From the NCBI GenBank assembly GCA_029258725.1, contig JAPDKE010000006.1:199-64198 (forward strand): a stretch of 64,000 nucleotides of DNA, given 5' to 3'. Source of the stretch: a bacterium. GTDB lineage: Bacteria; Hydrothermota; UBA3072; JAPDKE01. The first letter of the stretch is position 1, and the number at the start of each line of letters is the position of its first letter. Shown here in pieces: positions 9,451 to 21,398 of the stretch. The notes beneath the pieces were generated by a model. The model searched no databases. It worked only from the letters and a program-made list of their open reading frames with translations, and was not told where the DNA came from. Position numbers and translations under genes: made by a program.

Positions 9451-10092
9451 TCATTCTTTCACAAGTTCCCCTATTTTTCTCAATTCTCCATAAACCCACT
9501 GACGAACTGTATTCTCATCTTTTGTTTTAAGCATTTCCTTAGCTTCTTCATAAATAGTATCTATTTTAGCATCTACGATATCGGGATATTCAATAGCAGA
9601 TTTTATAATTCCTTTAGCAATCTCAAGGGGTATTCCAAACTTCTTTATTCCAAATTGCTCAAACCTGACCGTATCCTTGCGTATGGCATATTTCCCAAAT
9701 TCTGAACATGCTACCTCCATGGTATCTCCTCCCAGCCACGGACACCTGGAACATCGGGGGTGAAGCTCCGCCCATTTCTCCGAATCCTGAACAAAAACAA
9801 GAACTGTTTCTGCAGGAGAAAATAATGACCCTGATGTAGTTTTGAGAGTAAGTAGTGAATCTTTCCATACACCCATTATATCCTCAGACACCAACAGATT
9901 TATAACAATTAACCAGCGGTCCCATTTTTCTTCATAGCCACCCTTTGTCGACTCCACTATACCCACAATTATTGCGGAAGAGTGTTTGCATAAAAATCCA
10001 ATCGTATAAGGAGTTTTTAACCCATACTCCTTATCAGGCGCAACGTATGCACTTAATACAAAAAGTCCTGAAAGAAAAAATCCATGCATCAT
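9451..10092 (-). CDS. Secreted hypothetical protein
   Basis: Probable start ATG at 10092 after AGGAGG, with a signal-peptide-like N-terminus. The ORF-track extension upstream is the leader element in frame. Confidence 0.65.
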   Translation of the reverse strand: MMHGFFLSGLFVLSAYVAPDKEYGLKTPYTIGFLCKHSSAIIVGIVESTKGGYEEKWDRWLIVINLLVSEDIMGVWKDSLLTLKTTSGSLFSPAETVLVFVQDSEKWAELHPRCSRCPWLGGDTMEVACSEFGKYAIRKDTVRFEQFGIKKFGIPLEIAKGIIKSAIEYPDIVDAKIDTIYEEAKEMLKTKDENTVRQWVYGELRKIGELVKE

Positions 10093-10117
10093 TTTGCACC
10101 TCCTTTCCTTTCCTGTC

Positions 10118-10267
10118 TTTAAAAAAACAAAAACCCCTTCCTCCTTTACCTCCCTTAAGGGACAGGAAGGGGCAAGATGGATGACCATGAAATCTTTACA
10201 ATTTCCCATTCCTTTCCTCCTTACATTTTTATTGTACCCCGCTTTTTCCATCTGTCAACCTCGATTC
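10118..10267 (-). repeat. Leader element copy D (promoter, RBS, leader ORF from 10209 in frame with the downstream gene, terminator-like hairpin)
   Basis: TTGACA(10253-10258)-N16-TACAAT; AGGAGG; MGNCKDFMVIHLAPSCPLREVKEEGVFVFL; CCCCTTCCT...AGGAAGGGG followed by TTTTTGTTTTTTT. Confidence 0.85.
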
Positions 10268-10439
10268 GGGTGTATAACAAAATATCTTGTAAATATCCAG
10301 GGTTATCCAGGGATATTGAGAACTCATAGCCCTTGCAGGGGTGCTTGATGCAGGAATGAGGATAGAGAAAGACACCCTTAAAGAAATCCCGGAAGACCCC
10401 TTCACCGATAGTGACGTCCAAAGATATGGGCTTCTCCCC

Positions 10440-10467
10440 TTGACACCTCTCCCCTCTTCCCTATACT
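10440..10467 (+). promoter_or_regulatory. Sigma70 promoter for the rsmD-coaD operon (likely leaderless or very short leader)
   Basis: TTGACA-N16-TATACT, with ATG 8 nt downstream and no SD. Confidence 0.65.
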
Positions 10468-10475
10468 TTCAACCG

Positions 10476-10985
10476 ATGACAAGAATTTGCGGAGGGAAAT
10501 GGAAGGGGAGGAAACTTTCTTCCCCTTCTGGAATAAGACTCACATCGGGAAGGGTGAAGGAGGCCCTCTTTTCAATGGTGGATGTGGAGGGGAAGGATTT
10601 TCTGGACCTCTTTGCAGGAAGCGGAGCCGTTGGAATAGAGGCACTTTCAAGAGGGGCAAAAAATGCAGTCTTTGTTGAAAAAAGAAGAGAGATTGTGAAA
10701 ATAATAAAAAAGAACCTTGAAAACCTCGGAGGAGTGGGTAAGGTTATAAGAGGAGACGCCGAACGTGTTGTGAGGAAAATGGAAGAAAAATTTGATGTAA
10801 TCTTCATGGACCCTCCATACGAGAGGGGATATGTTGAGAGAGTACTTCCCCTCCTTCCTTCTCTTTTAAGGGAAGAAGGGATTATAGTTGTGGAGCACTC
10901 AAAAAGAGAGCCCGCGGAACTTCCTGGGTTTGAAAAGAAGGAAAAAATCTATAACGATACCGTTCTCACCCTTTTCTGGAGGTAA
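10476..10985 (+). CDS. rsmD: 16S rRNA (G966-N2) methyltransferase RsmD
   Basis: RICGGKWKGRKL, VKEALFS, LDLFAGSGAVGIEALSRGA and DPPY. Confidence 0.95.
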   Translation: MTRICGGKWKGRKLSSPSGIRLTSGRVKEALFSMVDVEGKDFLDLFAGSGAVGIEALSRGAKNAVFVEKRREIVKIIKKNLENLGGVGKVIRGDAERVVRKMEEKFDVIFMDPPYERGYVERVLPLLPSLLREEGIIVVEHSKREPAELPGFEKKEKIYNDTVLTLFWR

Positions 10986-10987
10986 AA

Positions 10988-11460
10988 ATGAAAATAGCGG
11001 TCTATCCCGGAACATTTGACCCCATAACCAACGGACACCTGGATGTCATAAAAAGGGCACTCAAGATCTTTGACCGCCTCATAGTTCTTGTCGCACATCA
11101 TCCGGAGAAAAACACGCTTTTTTCTGTGGAGGAAAGGCTTGAGATGATTAAAGAGGTCCTGAAGGATATGAAAAACGTTGAAGTTGACGCATACGATGGA
11201 CTGCTTGTTGATTATGTGAAGAAGAAAAACGCAATAGCAATCATAAGGGGAATGAGGGCTGTTTCCGATTTTGAATTTGAATTCCAGATGGCGCTCATGA
11301 ACCGCCACCTTTACCCTGATATTGAAATTCTCTTCCTTTTTCCCGACGAGAGATATACGTACCTTTCATCAAGCCTGATAAAGGAGGTCATATCCCTTGG
11401 AGGGGATGTATCTTCCTTTGTTCCCCCCTCCGTTCTCGAAAGACTGAGGAGGAAACTCAT

Positions 11461-11464
<4 letters not shown>
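10988..11464 (+). CDS. coaD: Pantetheine-phosphate adenylyltransferase
   Basis: YPGTFDPITNGHLD, RGMRAVSDFEFE and SSSLIKE. Confidence 0.97.
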
Positions 11465-14023
<2,559 letters not shown>

Positions 14024-14027
<4 letters not shown>

Positions 14028-15073
14028 TAGAATGGGTGAGGCTCTCCTTCCTGGACCTGGGGAAGGAACGGGTAAAGGAAATTCTCGAAAAAACCGGCTC
14101 TCTTTCTCAATTTTTCTCCCTTTCAAGGAATGACCTTCTTTCCCTCGGATTTGATGAGGAGGAGGCAGATGAGATTTTAAATCCCCCACCTGCACTTGAA
14201 GATGCAGTAAAAAAGATAGAAAAACTCAATATAAAGGTCATACCCTTCATATCCCCTGCCTATCCAGCATCCTTAAACGTTTTTCCAGCATCTCCCCCTG
14301 TCCTTTTTGTGAGAGGTGAAATAAAGCCGGAAGACGAAAATGCATGCGGGATAGTTGGAACCCGCCTTCCATCGGATTACGGAAGGAAGATTGCCTATGA
14401 TACCGCAAGAAAACTTGCAGAGAGAGGGGTTACTGTTGTAAGCGGACTTGCAAGGGGAATAGACACGCAGGCACATCTCGGGGCCCTGGAGGGGAATGGA
14501 AGAACCATTGGTGTCCTGGGATGCGGCCCTGACAGAATCTATCCTGCATCGGCAAGGGCGATAGCAGAAAGGATAATGGAAAATGGGGCTATTGTGAGTG
14601 AATTCCCTCCGGGAACACCCCCTCTCAAGCATCACTTTCCCAGGAGAAACAGAATAATAAGCGGTCTCTCAAGAGTTTTGCTTGTTGTTGAGGCAACCAT
14701 GCGGAGTGGGACATTTTCAACTGTTAGCTGGGCACTTGAACAGGGTAAGGAGGTATTTGCGGTTCCGGGGGATATAACAAGAAGGACATCGGAGGGGACA
14801 AACTATCTTATAAAATCAGGGGCAAGAGTATTTACATCCTGGGAGGACCTTTCATCCTTTTTAAATCTCACTCCTCCTGAAAGGAAACCTGTTGAACTCT
14901 CCCAGGAGGAAAAACTCATTCTTTCCCTGCTTGAAGAACCCAGAACACTTGATTATCTTATAGCAAAGACAGACCTTTCACCCCAGCGCCTTTTCTCCCT
15001 TCTCCTCCTGCTGGAGGTGAAGGGGAAGATAAGAGAGATAGGAGGAAAAAGATGGGAAAGGATAGAGTTCTGA
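14024..15073 (+). CDS. dprA: DNA-processing protein DprA
   Basis: IVGTR, VSGLARGID, FPRRNRIISGLS and C-terminal winged helix. Confidence 0.96.
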
Positions 15074-15810
15074 GTGTGGACATAGGAAACAACCGGATTC
15101 ACTTCGGGGTTGTGGAGAAAAGGCAGATTCTCTCAACCCTGAACACGTATCTTTCCGGTCTTGAGAAAAAGGAGCGCGAGATAATAACCCGATGGCTGAA
15201 GGAGAAAGAGTTTGACTCGGTTGCCATATCATCTGTTGTCCCGGAAACAACATCAAAACTTGAATCCCTGCTTGAAAGGATAAACTTTCAGGGAGAGGTC
15301 TTTCATCTGACGCGGGAAACGAGCCCCATACCCCTGAACTACGAGGGAACCCTTGGACCGGACCGGATAGCAAATGCGGTTGCCGGATTCTACCTCTTTG
15401 AAAAGCCAGCATGCATTATAGACTTTGGGACCGCAATTACCATAGACAGGGTTGAGGAGGATGGATTTGCAGGAGGGGTTATCCTTCCAGGGATGGAACT
15501 CCAGATGAGGAGCCTTGAGGAGAAGACAGCGCTCATAAAGGATGTAAGGTGGAAGAAGGGAGGGGTTACAGGAAAAAACACAGAGGAGGCAATTAGTTCT
15601 GGGGTCTTTTACTCCATAGTGGGAGGGATAAAGGAGATACTGAAAAGAATGGACGAAGAGAGAGGAAAAACCAGAAGTGTTGTTTTGACAGGAGGATATG
15701 CAAACCTCTTCCATCCCTACACCGGAGGAATTGTTGTTGAGGGATTGACCTTAATAGGACTCTCCATTGCGTATGAAATACATAACTCACTCAGAGAAAG
15801 AAACGATTGA
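15052..15810 (+). CDS. coaX: Type III pantothenate kinase
   Basis: VDIGNN, SSVVP, LGPDR, IDFGTAIT and GGVILPG. Confidence 0.94.
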   Translation: MGKDRVLSVDIGNNRIHFGVVEKRQILSTLNTYLSGLEKKEREIITRWLKEKEFDSVAISSVVPETTSKLESLLERINFQGEVFHLTRETSPIPLNYEGTLGPDRIANAVAGFYLFEKPACIIDFGTAITIDRVEEDGFAGGVILPGMELQMRSLEEKTALIKDVRWKKGGVTGKNTEEAISSGVFYSIVGGIKEILKRMDEERGKTRSVVLTGGYANLFHPYTGGIVVEGLTLIGLSIAYEIHNSLRERND

Positions 15811-16183
15811 ACTCGGTGCACAGCTGGGAAAGCAAATAGAAAATCCTGTGGTTGTTGCCCTTTTTGGTGAACTCGGTTCCGGAAAGACCGTATTTGTGCG
15901 TGGGCTTGCAAGAGGGCTTGATGTCAGGGAAAAGGTCCAGAGCCCGAGTTTTGTTATAATGAGGATATATCAGGGAAGATTACCCGTTTACCACCTTGAC
16001 CTCTACCGTGTCTTCTCCCCTGAGGAGATTTATGGGTATGAGGAGTATCTCTATGGAGATGGGGTATGTGTTATTGAGTGGGCAGAGAGGATAAGAGAAC
16101 TCTTACCTTCTGAAAGGATAGAGGTGAGATTGAAAATAAGGGGAGAGAAGGAAAGGGAGATTGAGATAGAATGGGTAAAGTGA
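15773..16183 (+). CDS. tsaE: tRNA threonylcarbamoyladenosine biosynthesis ATPase TsaE
   Basis: GELGSGKT, VQSPSF, HLDLYR and IEWAE. Confidence 0.95.
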   Translation: MKYITHSEKETIELGAQLGKQIENPVVVALFGELGSGKTVFVRGLARGLDVREKVQSPSFVIMRIYQGRLPVYHLDLYRVFSPEEIYGYEEYLYGDGVCVIEWAERIRELLPSERIEVRLKIRGEKEREIEIEWVK

Positions 16184-17223
16184 TAGGAATAGATACATCC
16201 GAGAGGATACCAAATATAACTATCCTGGAGAAGGAGAAAATAGTCCTCATGGAAAAAATAGAAAAAGATTTCCATGAGGATATTCCATACTTTCTGGAAA
16301 AAAAGGGAATAAAACCTGAGGAATTAACAGGGATTGGTGTTGCAATAGGTCCCGGTTCCTTCACGGGTTTGAGGGTTGGGCTTTCCTTTGCAACCGCACT
16401 CTCCCTTGCCCTGAAAATCCCGATAAAGGGAGTGATAACACTTGAAGGAATGGTTGCCTCGGTTGAAAAGGATGGAGTCTACTTTCCAATGATATACGCA
16501 AGGAGTGGAACCGTGTTCTGCGGGAAGTATGAAAAGAAGGGAGGCAGGATAAGGGTGATTGAGGGACCAATGGTGAAAGAGGTTAAGGAAATAAGAGAAG
16601 AAAACATGTTCGGTTCGGGATACGAGAAATTTAAGGAACTTTTGCCTCCATCTCCTCCAATCTCTTATTTCACCTCCCTTGGAATTGCACGGATTGCAAA
16701 AGAGAAAATAGAAAGGGGAGAGGTGGATTCCATTTTCTCACTTGAGCCCCTTTACCTTTCCCCATCAGAGGCGGAGAGGAAGAGAAGGGGGGAGGTTGAG
16801 ATAAGGGAAATGAAGAAAGAGGATTTACCCCAGGTCATGGAGATAGAAAGGGAATCCTTCAGGCTTCCCTGGAGCATGGAGGAGTTTTTATACGTTCTTT
16901 CCTTACGTGGCGTTCTTGCCCTTGTTGCATGTGAAGATAACAGGATAATCGGTTATACCGTGGGAAAAGAAATCGGGGATAAGATGTATCTTATGAACAT
17001 GGCGGTGAGGAAGGGTAAAAGAAGAAGGGGAATCGGGAAGGCACTGCTTTTTGAGTTTATAAAGGAATGCGAAAAAAAGGGGATGAAAGAGATTTATCTT
17101 GAAGTAAGAATATCAAATGAACCTGCAATTGAACTTTATAAACTATTCGGTTTCAGGATAGATGGAATTATTCCATTTTACTATGAGGACGAGGATGGGG
17201 TGAGGATGAGGCTTTACCTGTAA
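16171..17223 (+). CDS. tsaB: TsaB-RimI fusion (t6A37 biosynthesis TsaB + GNAT acetyltransferase)
   Basis: N-terminal GIDTS, GPGSFTGLRVG and EPLYL; C-terminal IERESF..PW, RRRGIG, LEVRISN and YY. Confidence 0.9.
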   Translation: MGKVIGIDTSERIPNITILEKEKIVLMEKIEKDFHEDIPYFLEKKGIKPEELTGIGVAIGPGSFTGLRVGLSFATALSLALKIPIKGVITLEGMVASVEKDGVYFPMIYARSGTVFCGKYEKKGGRIRVIEGPMVKEVKEIREENMFGSGYEKFKELLPPSPPISYFTSLGIARIAKEKIERGEVDSIFSLEPLYLSPSEAERKRRGEVEIREMKKEDLPQVMEIERESFRLPWSMEEFLYVLSLRGVLALVACEDNRIIGYTVGKEIGDKMYLMNMAVRKGKRRRGIGKALLFEFIKECEKKGMKEIYLEVRISNEPAIELYKLFGFRIDGIIPFYYEDEDGVRMRLYL

Positions 17224-17765
17224 AGATTTCTTTCCTGTATGTATTCCCACACACCCGGGGGTAAAAGGTGCCTTACCTCTTTTTTATTCTTTATCCTGTT
17301 CCTTATCTCGGTTGATGATATGTCTATCCTTCTTGAAGGAAGGATTTTAAAAGGGAAGTTTTTATCCGGTTTGAATCCCTCCCTTGCAAATACACAAACT
17401 CTGGCAAGTTTTACTATCTCATGGGGCTCCTTCCATGTTGAAAAACTCTCTGCCTGGTCAGCCCCTATGAGTAAAACGAGTTTATCCTCCTTCTTTTTGA
17501 GTTCCCTCAGGGTATCAACCGTATATGAAGTTCCCTTTCTCTTTCCTTCAATATCAAGAACCTTTATGAATGGATAGGGGGATGCGGCTATTTCCGTCAT
17601 CCTTAATCTATCCTCAAACGATGCAACCGGTGGAGACTTGTGGGGTGGAAGATAAAGGGGAATGAAAAAAATCTCTGTGAGATTAAGATATTCGCGTGCA
17701 TCCACAGCAAGGACTATGTGTCCAAGATGAGGAGGGTCAAACGCCCCTCCAAGTACTCCCTTCAT
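17214..17765 (-). CDS. nadD: Nicotinate-nucleotide adenylyltransferase
   Basis: GGAFDPPHLGH, SYTVDTL, IGAD and ISSTEIR. Confidence 0.95.
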   Translation of the reverse strand: MKGVLGGAFDPPHLGHIVLAVDAREYLNLTEIFFIPLYLPPHKSPPVASFEDRLRMTEIAASPYPFIKVLDIEGKRKGTSYTVDTLRELKKKEDKLVLLIGADQAESFSTWKEPHEIVKLARVCVFAREGFKPDKNFPFKILPSRRIDISSTEIRNRIKNKKEVRHLLPPGVWEYIQERNLYR

Positions 17766-18391
17766 TTTTGAGCCTGCTCTATTATTCTGGTTGCCTCTTC
17801 CTTCAGGTCGGGATAGTCCTCAATATATGGGCTTCCCAGGACAGACTTTGCATAAATCACAGCAGATTCAGGTCTGTTCCATTTGAGATAGAGTTTAGCA
17901 ATCGTGAGTTTTTTATGGAGGAGTTTTTTCCTCAGCCTCTTTATTCCCTCCTGTGCATCCTTCACGTATTTTGAGTATGGAAACCTGGTCATGAACTCCT
18001 CGTATGCACTTATTGCCTCTTTCGTCTTTGCCTGGTCCCTGTCCTCTCCCGGGGAGAGTTTTTCAAGGCACACTGCACGCCTGAAGTATGCCTCCTCCCT
18101 GTGCCTGCTTTCAGGGAAGTTTTCAAGCAAAAATTCATACTCCATCAGTGCACTTTCGTAGTCCTTCTCCCGGAAGTAGCATTCCGCAAGGTAAAACTGT
18201 GCATCATCCGTGTATTTGCTTCCCGGGTAAACATTGAAGAAGTCCTCAAATAGTTTTCTTGCGTGTTTGTAATCCTTCTTTTCGTAAAGTTCCATTGCCT
18301 TTTTGTAGTCCTCCTCCGGGTCTCCCGAGAAGGAAACCCTGTATTCCTTCGTGCATCCAAGAAGAATAAGAATAAGTAAAAGTCTTCTCAT
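17762..18391 (-). CDS. bamD: Outer membrane protein assembly lipoprotein BamD
   Basis: LLGC lipobox, TPRs, YPGS, RDQ..T.EA and FPYSKY. Confidence 0.85.
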   Translation of the reverse strand: MRRLLLILILLGCTKEYRVSFSGDPEEDYKKAMELYEKKDYKHARKLFEDFFNVYPGSKYTDDAQFYLAECYFREKDYESALMEYEFLLENFPESRHREEAYFRRAVCLEKLSPGEDRDQAKTKEAISAYEEFMTRFPYSKYVKDAQEGIKRLRKKLLHKKLTIAKLYLKWNRPESAVIYAKSVLGSPYIEDYPDLKEEATRIIEQAQK

Positions 18392-19239
18392 CCTCCCTCC
18401 ATTTTTTCAATGGTCTCAAGCACCTTCTCCGCCTCCCTCACTATCTTCCTTCCACGGGTGAAGGGGTTGAGCTCTATCACCTTCCGCATACACACCTTTG
18501 CCTCTTTGTATTTCCCCTTTGAGAGATATATCTCGCCAAGATAGAAAAAGGCATCATCCTGATATACCTCAGGCAGTCCTGTTGCTATGGTCTTCTGTAG
18601 GTAAATCATTGCATCCTCACCCTTCCCTTCCTTTATAAGGTCCATTGCTATTTCAAATAAAAACTTTCCTTTGAGATAAAGAAGCTGCCACTCCATCTTT
18701 CGGGTTATCCCGCTTTCAACCACATGGAGTGCCTCTTCCTTCTTTCCAAGCCTCCAGTATGCATATGCAAGTTTCACCCTTGCATCCACGTTTTCAGGCT
18801 CTATGTAAAGTCCCTTTTCAAAAAGGGGTATCGCCATATCGTATTTTTCCCTATCATAGTACCAGGATGCCAGGTATATGAAGTTTTTCCCCAGGTCGTG
18901 GGTCGGGTCAAGGGATAAAATCTCAGAAAAAAGCCTGCAACTTGCCTCTTTCCTTCCTCTTCTTCTCAGCTTCTCCGCCTCCTCGTAGAGGAGAGATACA
19001 ACCTTCCCTTTATAGGAAGGGTCTTTTTTAATGAGTTTTTTCAGTGCTTTGAGTGCATCCGTGGGGTGGTCTATTTTAAAGTATATCTTTGCCCTCAGCC
19101 AGAGTGCCTTTGGAGAATCACTGCCCTCAAGGAGGAGGATTGCCTCCATGGGTCTGTTTTTCTGTAAGAGAAGCAGTGCCTTTTTTTCAACGTCTCCGGT
19201 GCAGCCTGCAAGGATTAAAAGTAAGAGAATTCTTCTCAA
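18388..19239 (-). CDS. TPR-repeat lipoprotein
   Basis: LAGC lipobox and multiple TPR motifs. Confidence 0.8.
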   Translation of the reverse strand: MRRILLLLILAGCTGDVEKKALLLLQKNRPMEAILLLEGSDSPKALWLRAKIYFKIDHPTDALKALKKLIKKDPSYKGKVVSLLYEEAEKLRRRGRKEASCRLFSEILSLDPTHDLGKNFIYLASWYYDREKYDMAIPLFEKGLYIEPENVDARVKLAYAYWRLGKKEEALHVVESGITRKMEWQLLYLKGKFLFEIAMDLIKEGKGEDAMIYLQKTIATGLPEVYQDDAFFYLGEIYLSKGKYKEAKVCMRKVIELNPFTRGRKIVREAEKVLETIEKMEGG

Positions 19240-20060
19240 AGCCTCTCCACTATCTTTTCCATTAGTTTTGTAAGAAGGGGTTCTGCCTTCCCTGCGTTTG
19301 TTATTACCTTCTCAAGGCTCAGGGGTTCAAGGGCATCTGGAAGTCCCATGTCGGTTATAACCGATATTCCCAGGACCTTTATCCCCATGTGTCTTGCAAC
19401 CACAACCTCAGGAACCGTGGACATCCCAACTGCATCTGCACCCAGGATTCTCAGCATCCTGTATTCCGCAGCAGTTTCCAGGTTTGGACCGGGAACATAA
19501 ACATAAACCCCTCTCTCAACCTTTATTTTTTCCTTCAGTGCAATCTCAAGGGCAAGGTTTACAAGGTCCTTATCATAGCAGTTGTACATGTCGGGGAACC
19601 TGGGACCGAATTCATCCTCATTCTCTCCCCTCAGTGGATTCTCAGGCATAAACAATCCTATATGGTCGGTTATTATCATCAAAGAGGGCGCTGTGAACTG
19701 AGGATTCAGTCCTCCTGCTGCATTTGACACAAGCAGGGTTTTAACCCCGAGGAGTTTCATCACCCTCACGGGAAACGTAACCTCACGCATGGAGTATCCC
19801 TCGTAGTAGTGAAATCTTCCCTGCATCGCAACCACGTCTTTCTTCCCGAGTTTTCCAAAAATCAGCCTTCCTGCATGTGTCTCAACCGTAGATACAGGGA
19901 AGTGAGGAATATCTTTGTAGGATATCACCTTTTTGTTTTTTATTCTTTCCGCAAGTTTTCCAAGCCCTGTTCCAAGGATTATTCCTATCTTTGGTTTTGT
20001 TTTCACTTCTTTCCTTATTGCCTTTACCGCCTCCTTTGCCTTCTCAAGTATTTCTCCCAT
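19236..20060 (-). CDS. punA: Purine-nucleoside phosphorylase (trimeric type)
   Basis: ILGTGLG, QGRFHYYEG, NAAGG, GPNLET and VGMSTVPE. Confidence 0.95.
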   Translation of the reverse strand: MGEILEKAKEAVKAIRKEVKTKPKIGIILGTGLGKLAERIKNKKVISYKDIPHFPVSTVETHAGRLIFGKLGKKDVVAMQGRFHYYEGYSMREVTFPVRVMKLLGVKTLLVSNAAGGLNPQFTAPSLMIITDHIGLFMPENPLRGENEDEFGPRFPDMYNCYDKDLVNLALEIALKEKIKVERGVYVYVPGPNLETAAEYRMLRILGADAVGMSTVPEVVVARHMGIKVLGISVITDMGLPDALEPLSLEKVITNAGKAEPLLTKLMEKIVERL

Positions 20061-20071
20061 GGAACCTCCTT

Positions 20072-21358
20072 TTACAGATACTTTTCAAGATACCTGTAGT
20101 CGGGTGTGAGTTCCCCTTTATAGACAATCACCGCCCTCTTTAGAACAGGAGGGAGGGTGCAGTTTTCAAACCCAGGGGGATAGGATGCATTCACTATATC
20201 AGGGACAAATCCCTTGAGAATATGACTGAAGTAAATAGAGGCATCCCTTGGAACCTCACTGGGAAGTATATCCACTGCAAGAACAACCACACCATCTCCT
20301 TTGTATCCCATGGTTATCTCTTCCTTCTGTGGATTGTAAACATAAACCGGTTCGTCAGGTTCTGTTGCCCTGAGAGTGCACTCAACCCCTCCCTCAATGT
20401 CGCAACTTATATCCCCTATAACCTTTAATTTACTCTTTCCTGGCTCGTAGTTCTCTTTGAGATACTTCTTTGTAACAAGCCTTGGATACCTTTCATCCCA
20501 GTATATTGCATTGACAAGGACTGTAAGATAGGGAAGGTATTTCTCAAAAACCCCTTTATACTTTTCAGGATGGTGATAATATTCCTGAAGTTCAAAAGGC
20601 CCACCATCCTTTCTTTCAACCATGTGCTCTTCCTTGAAAACAACCTTGTAGATCGTATATCTATCGTCCTTCAATGTAAAGAGTTCCTCAGGGGTTATTT
20701 CCTTTACCGGCAGAAGGTCAAGAACCTCCTGAGCCCCTGTTGAGACATTTCCATATCCTGCAAATCCAACAACAAACGGAGTTATCTCAGGGGGAAGCCC
20801 CTCTTCCTTTATCTCCCTCCCTATCTTTTCACTCTCTTCCTCAAGTTCCTTAACCGAATGATACTCATACGCCCTCTTTATGTGAAGGAATGGGGTCTTC
20901 AATCCCTCCCACTCAAGCCTCTTCCCGAGGGCCCACAGTGTATCAATCATTCCTGCAATTCCTGCAAACTTTCCAAAGGCAATCAGCCTTCTTCCGTTGT
21001 CATCCACTATGCGCTCGTAGTCTATAAGGGTTGTTTTGAGTTCGAGCATCCTTTTGAGCATTGGCATGTTGTAGGGCTGTCCCTTTATTGTGTGGGAGAA
21101 GAATATATAGGTCTTCCCCTCCTCAAAAACATGCACCGGAATTTCCTTTATTCCGAAAACAAAGGGGGCATCGGGTTTATCGCTTATTATCGCCCCTGCC
21201 TCCCTATACTCCTCATCCTTAAACACCCTTATGGGGGAACTCTGAACAACGGTTTCTATACCATGCTTTTCTTTAAGTTCCCTCACATCCTCGGGAACAA
21301 GGGGTGCCCTTCTTTCCCACCTGCTTTTGTCTTCCTTTCTTATCGCTATTCTCTTCAT
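20072..21358 (-). CDS. Stand-alone lysine-ketoglutarate reductase / saccharopine dehydrogenase-like protein (AlaDh/PNT family)
   Basis: RKEDKSRWERRAPL, FFSHTIKGQ, LIDYE, GYGNVSTGA and DISCD. Confidence 0.85.
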   Translation of the reverse strand: MKRIAIRKEDKSRWERRAPLVPEDVRELKEKHGIETVVQSSPIRVFKDEEYREAGAIISDKPDAPFVFGIKEIPVHVFEEGKTYIFFSHTIKGQPYNMPMLKRMLELKTTLIDYERIVDDNGRRLIAFGKFAGIAGMIDTLWALGKRLEWEGLKTPFLHIKRAYEYHSVKELEEESEKIGREIKEEGLPPEITPFVVGFAGYGNVSTGAQEVLDLLPVKEITPEELFTLKDDRYTIYKVVFKEEHMVERKDGGPFELQEYYHHPEKYKGVFEKYLPYLTVLVNAIYWDERYPRLVTKKYLKENYEPGKSKLKVIGDISCDIEGGVECTLRATEPDEPVYVYNPQKEEITMGYKGDGVVVLAVDILPSEVPRDASIYFSHILKGFVPDIVNASYPPGFENCTLPPVLKRAVIVYKGELTPDYRYLEKYL

Positions 21359-21364
21359 GGCTTT

Positions 21365-21392
21365 ATAATATCGTAAGAGAAAGTTTTGTCAA
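21365..21392 (-). promoter_or_regulatory. Sigma70 promoter, leaderless configuration
   Basis: Minus strand TTGACA-N16-TATTAT-aaagcc-ATG(21358), with no SD. Confidence 0.65.
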
Positions 21393-21398
21393 GGGATT

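Noticed and set aside
5380-10267. Repeated element as a CRISPR array or integron attC array
   Set aside because: Copies are long, diverged and separated by whole genes. There are no cas genes, integrase or recognisable attC R-boxes, and each copy contains a promoter and RBS.
10292-10317. AATATCCAGGGTTATCCAGGGATATT direct/inverted repeat as an operator
   Set aside because: Single occurrence with no cognate regulator nearby, so it cannot be distinguished from chance.
10341-10475. N-terminal extension of RsmD in the ORF track
   Set aside because: It spans the TTGACA/TATACT promoter, and family similarity starts at ATG 10476.
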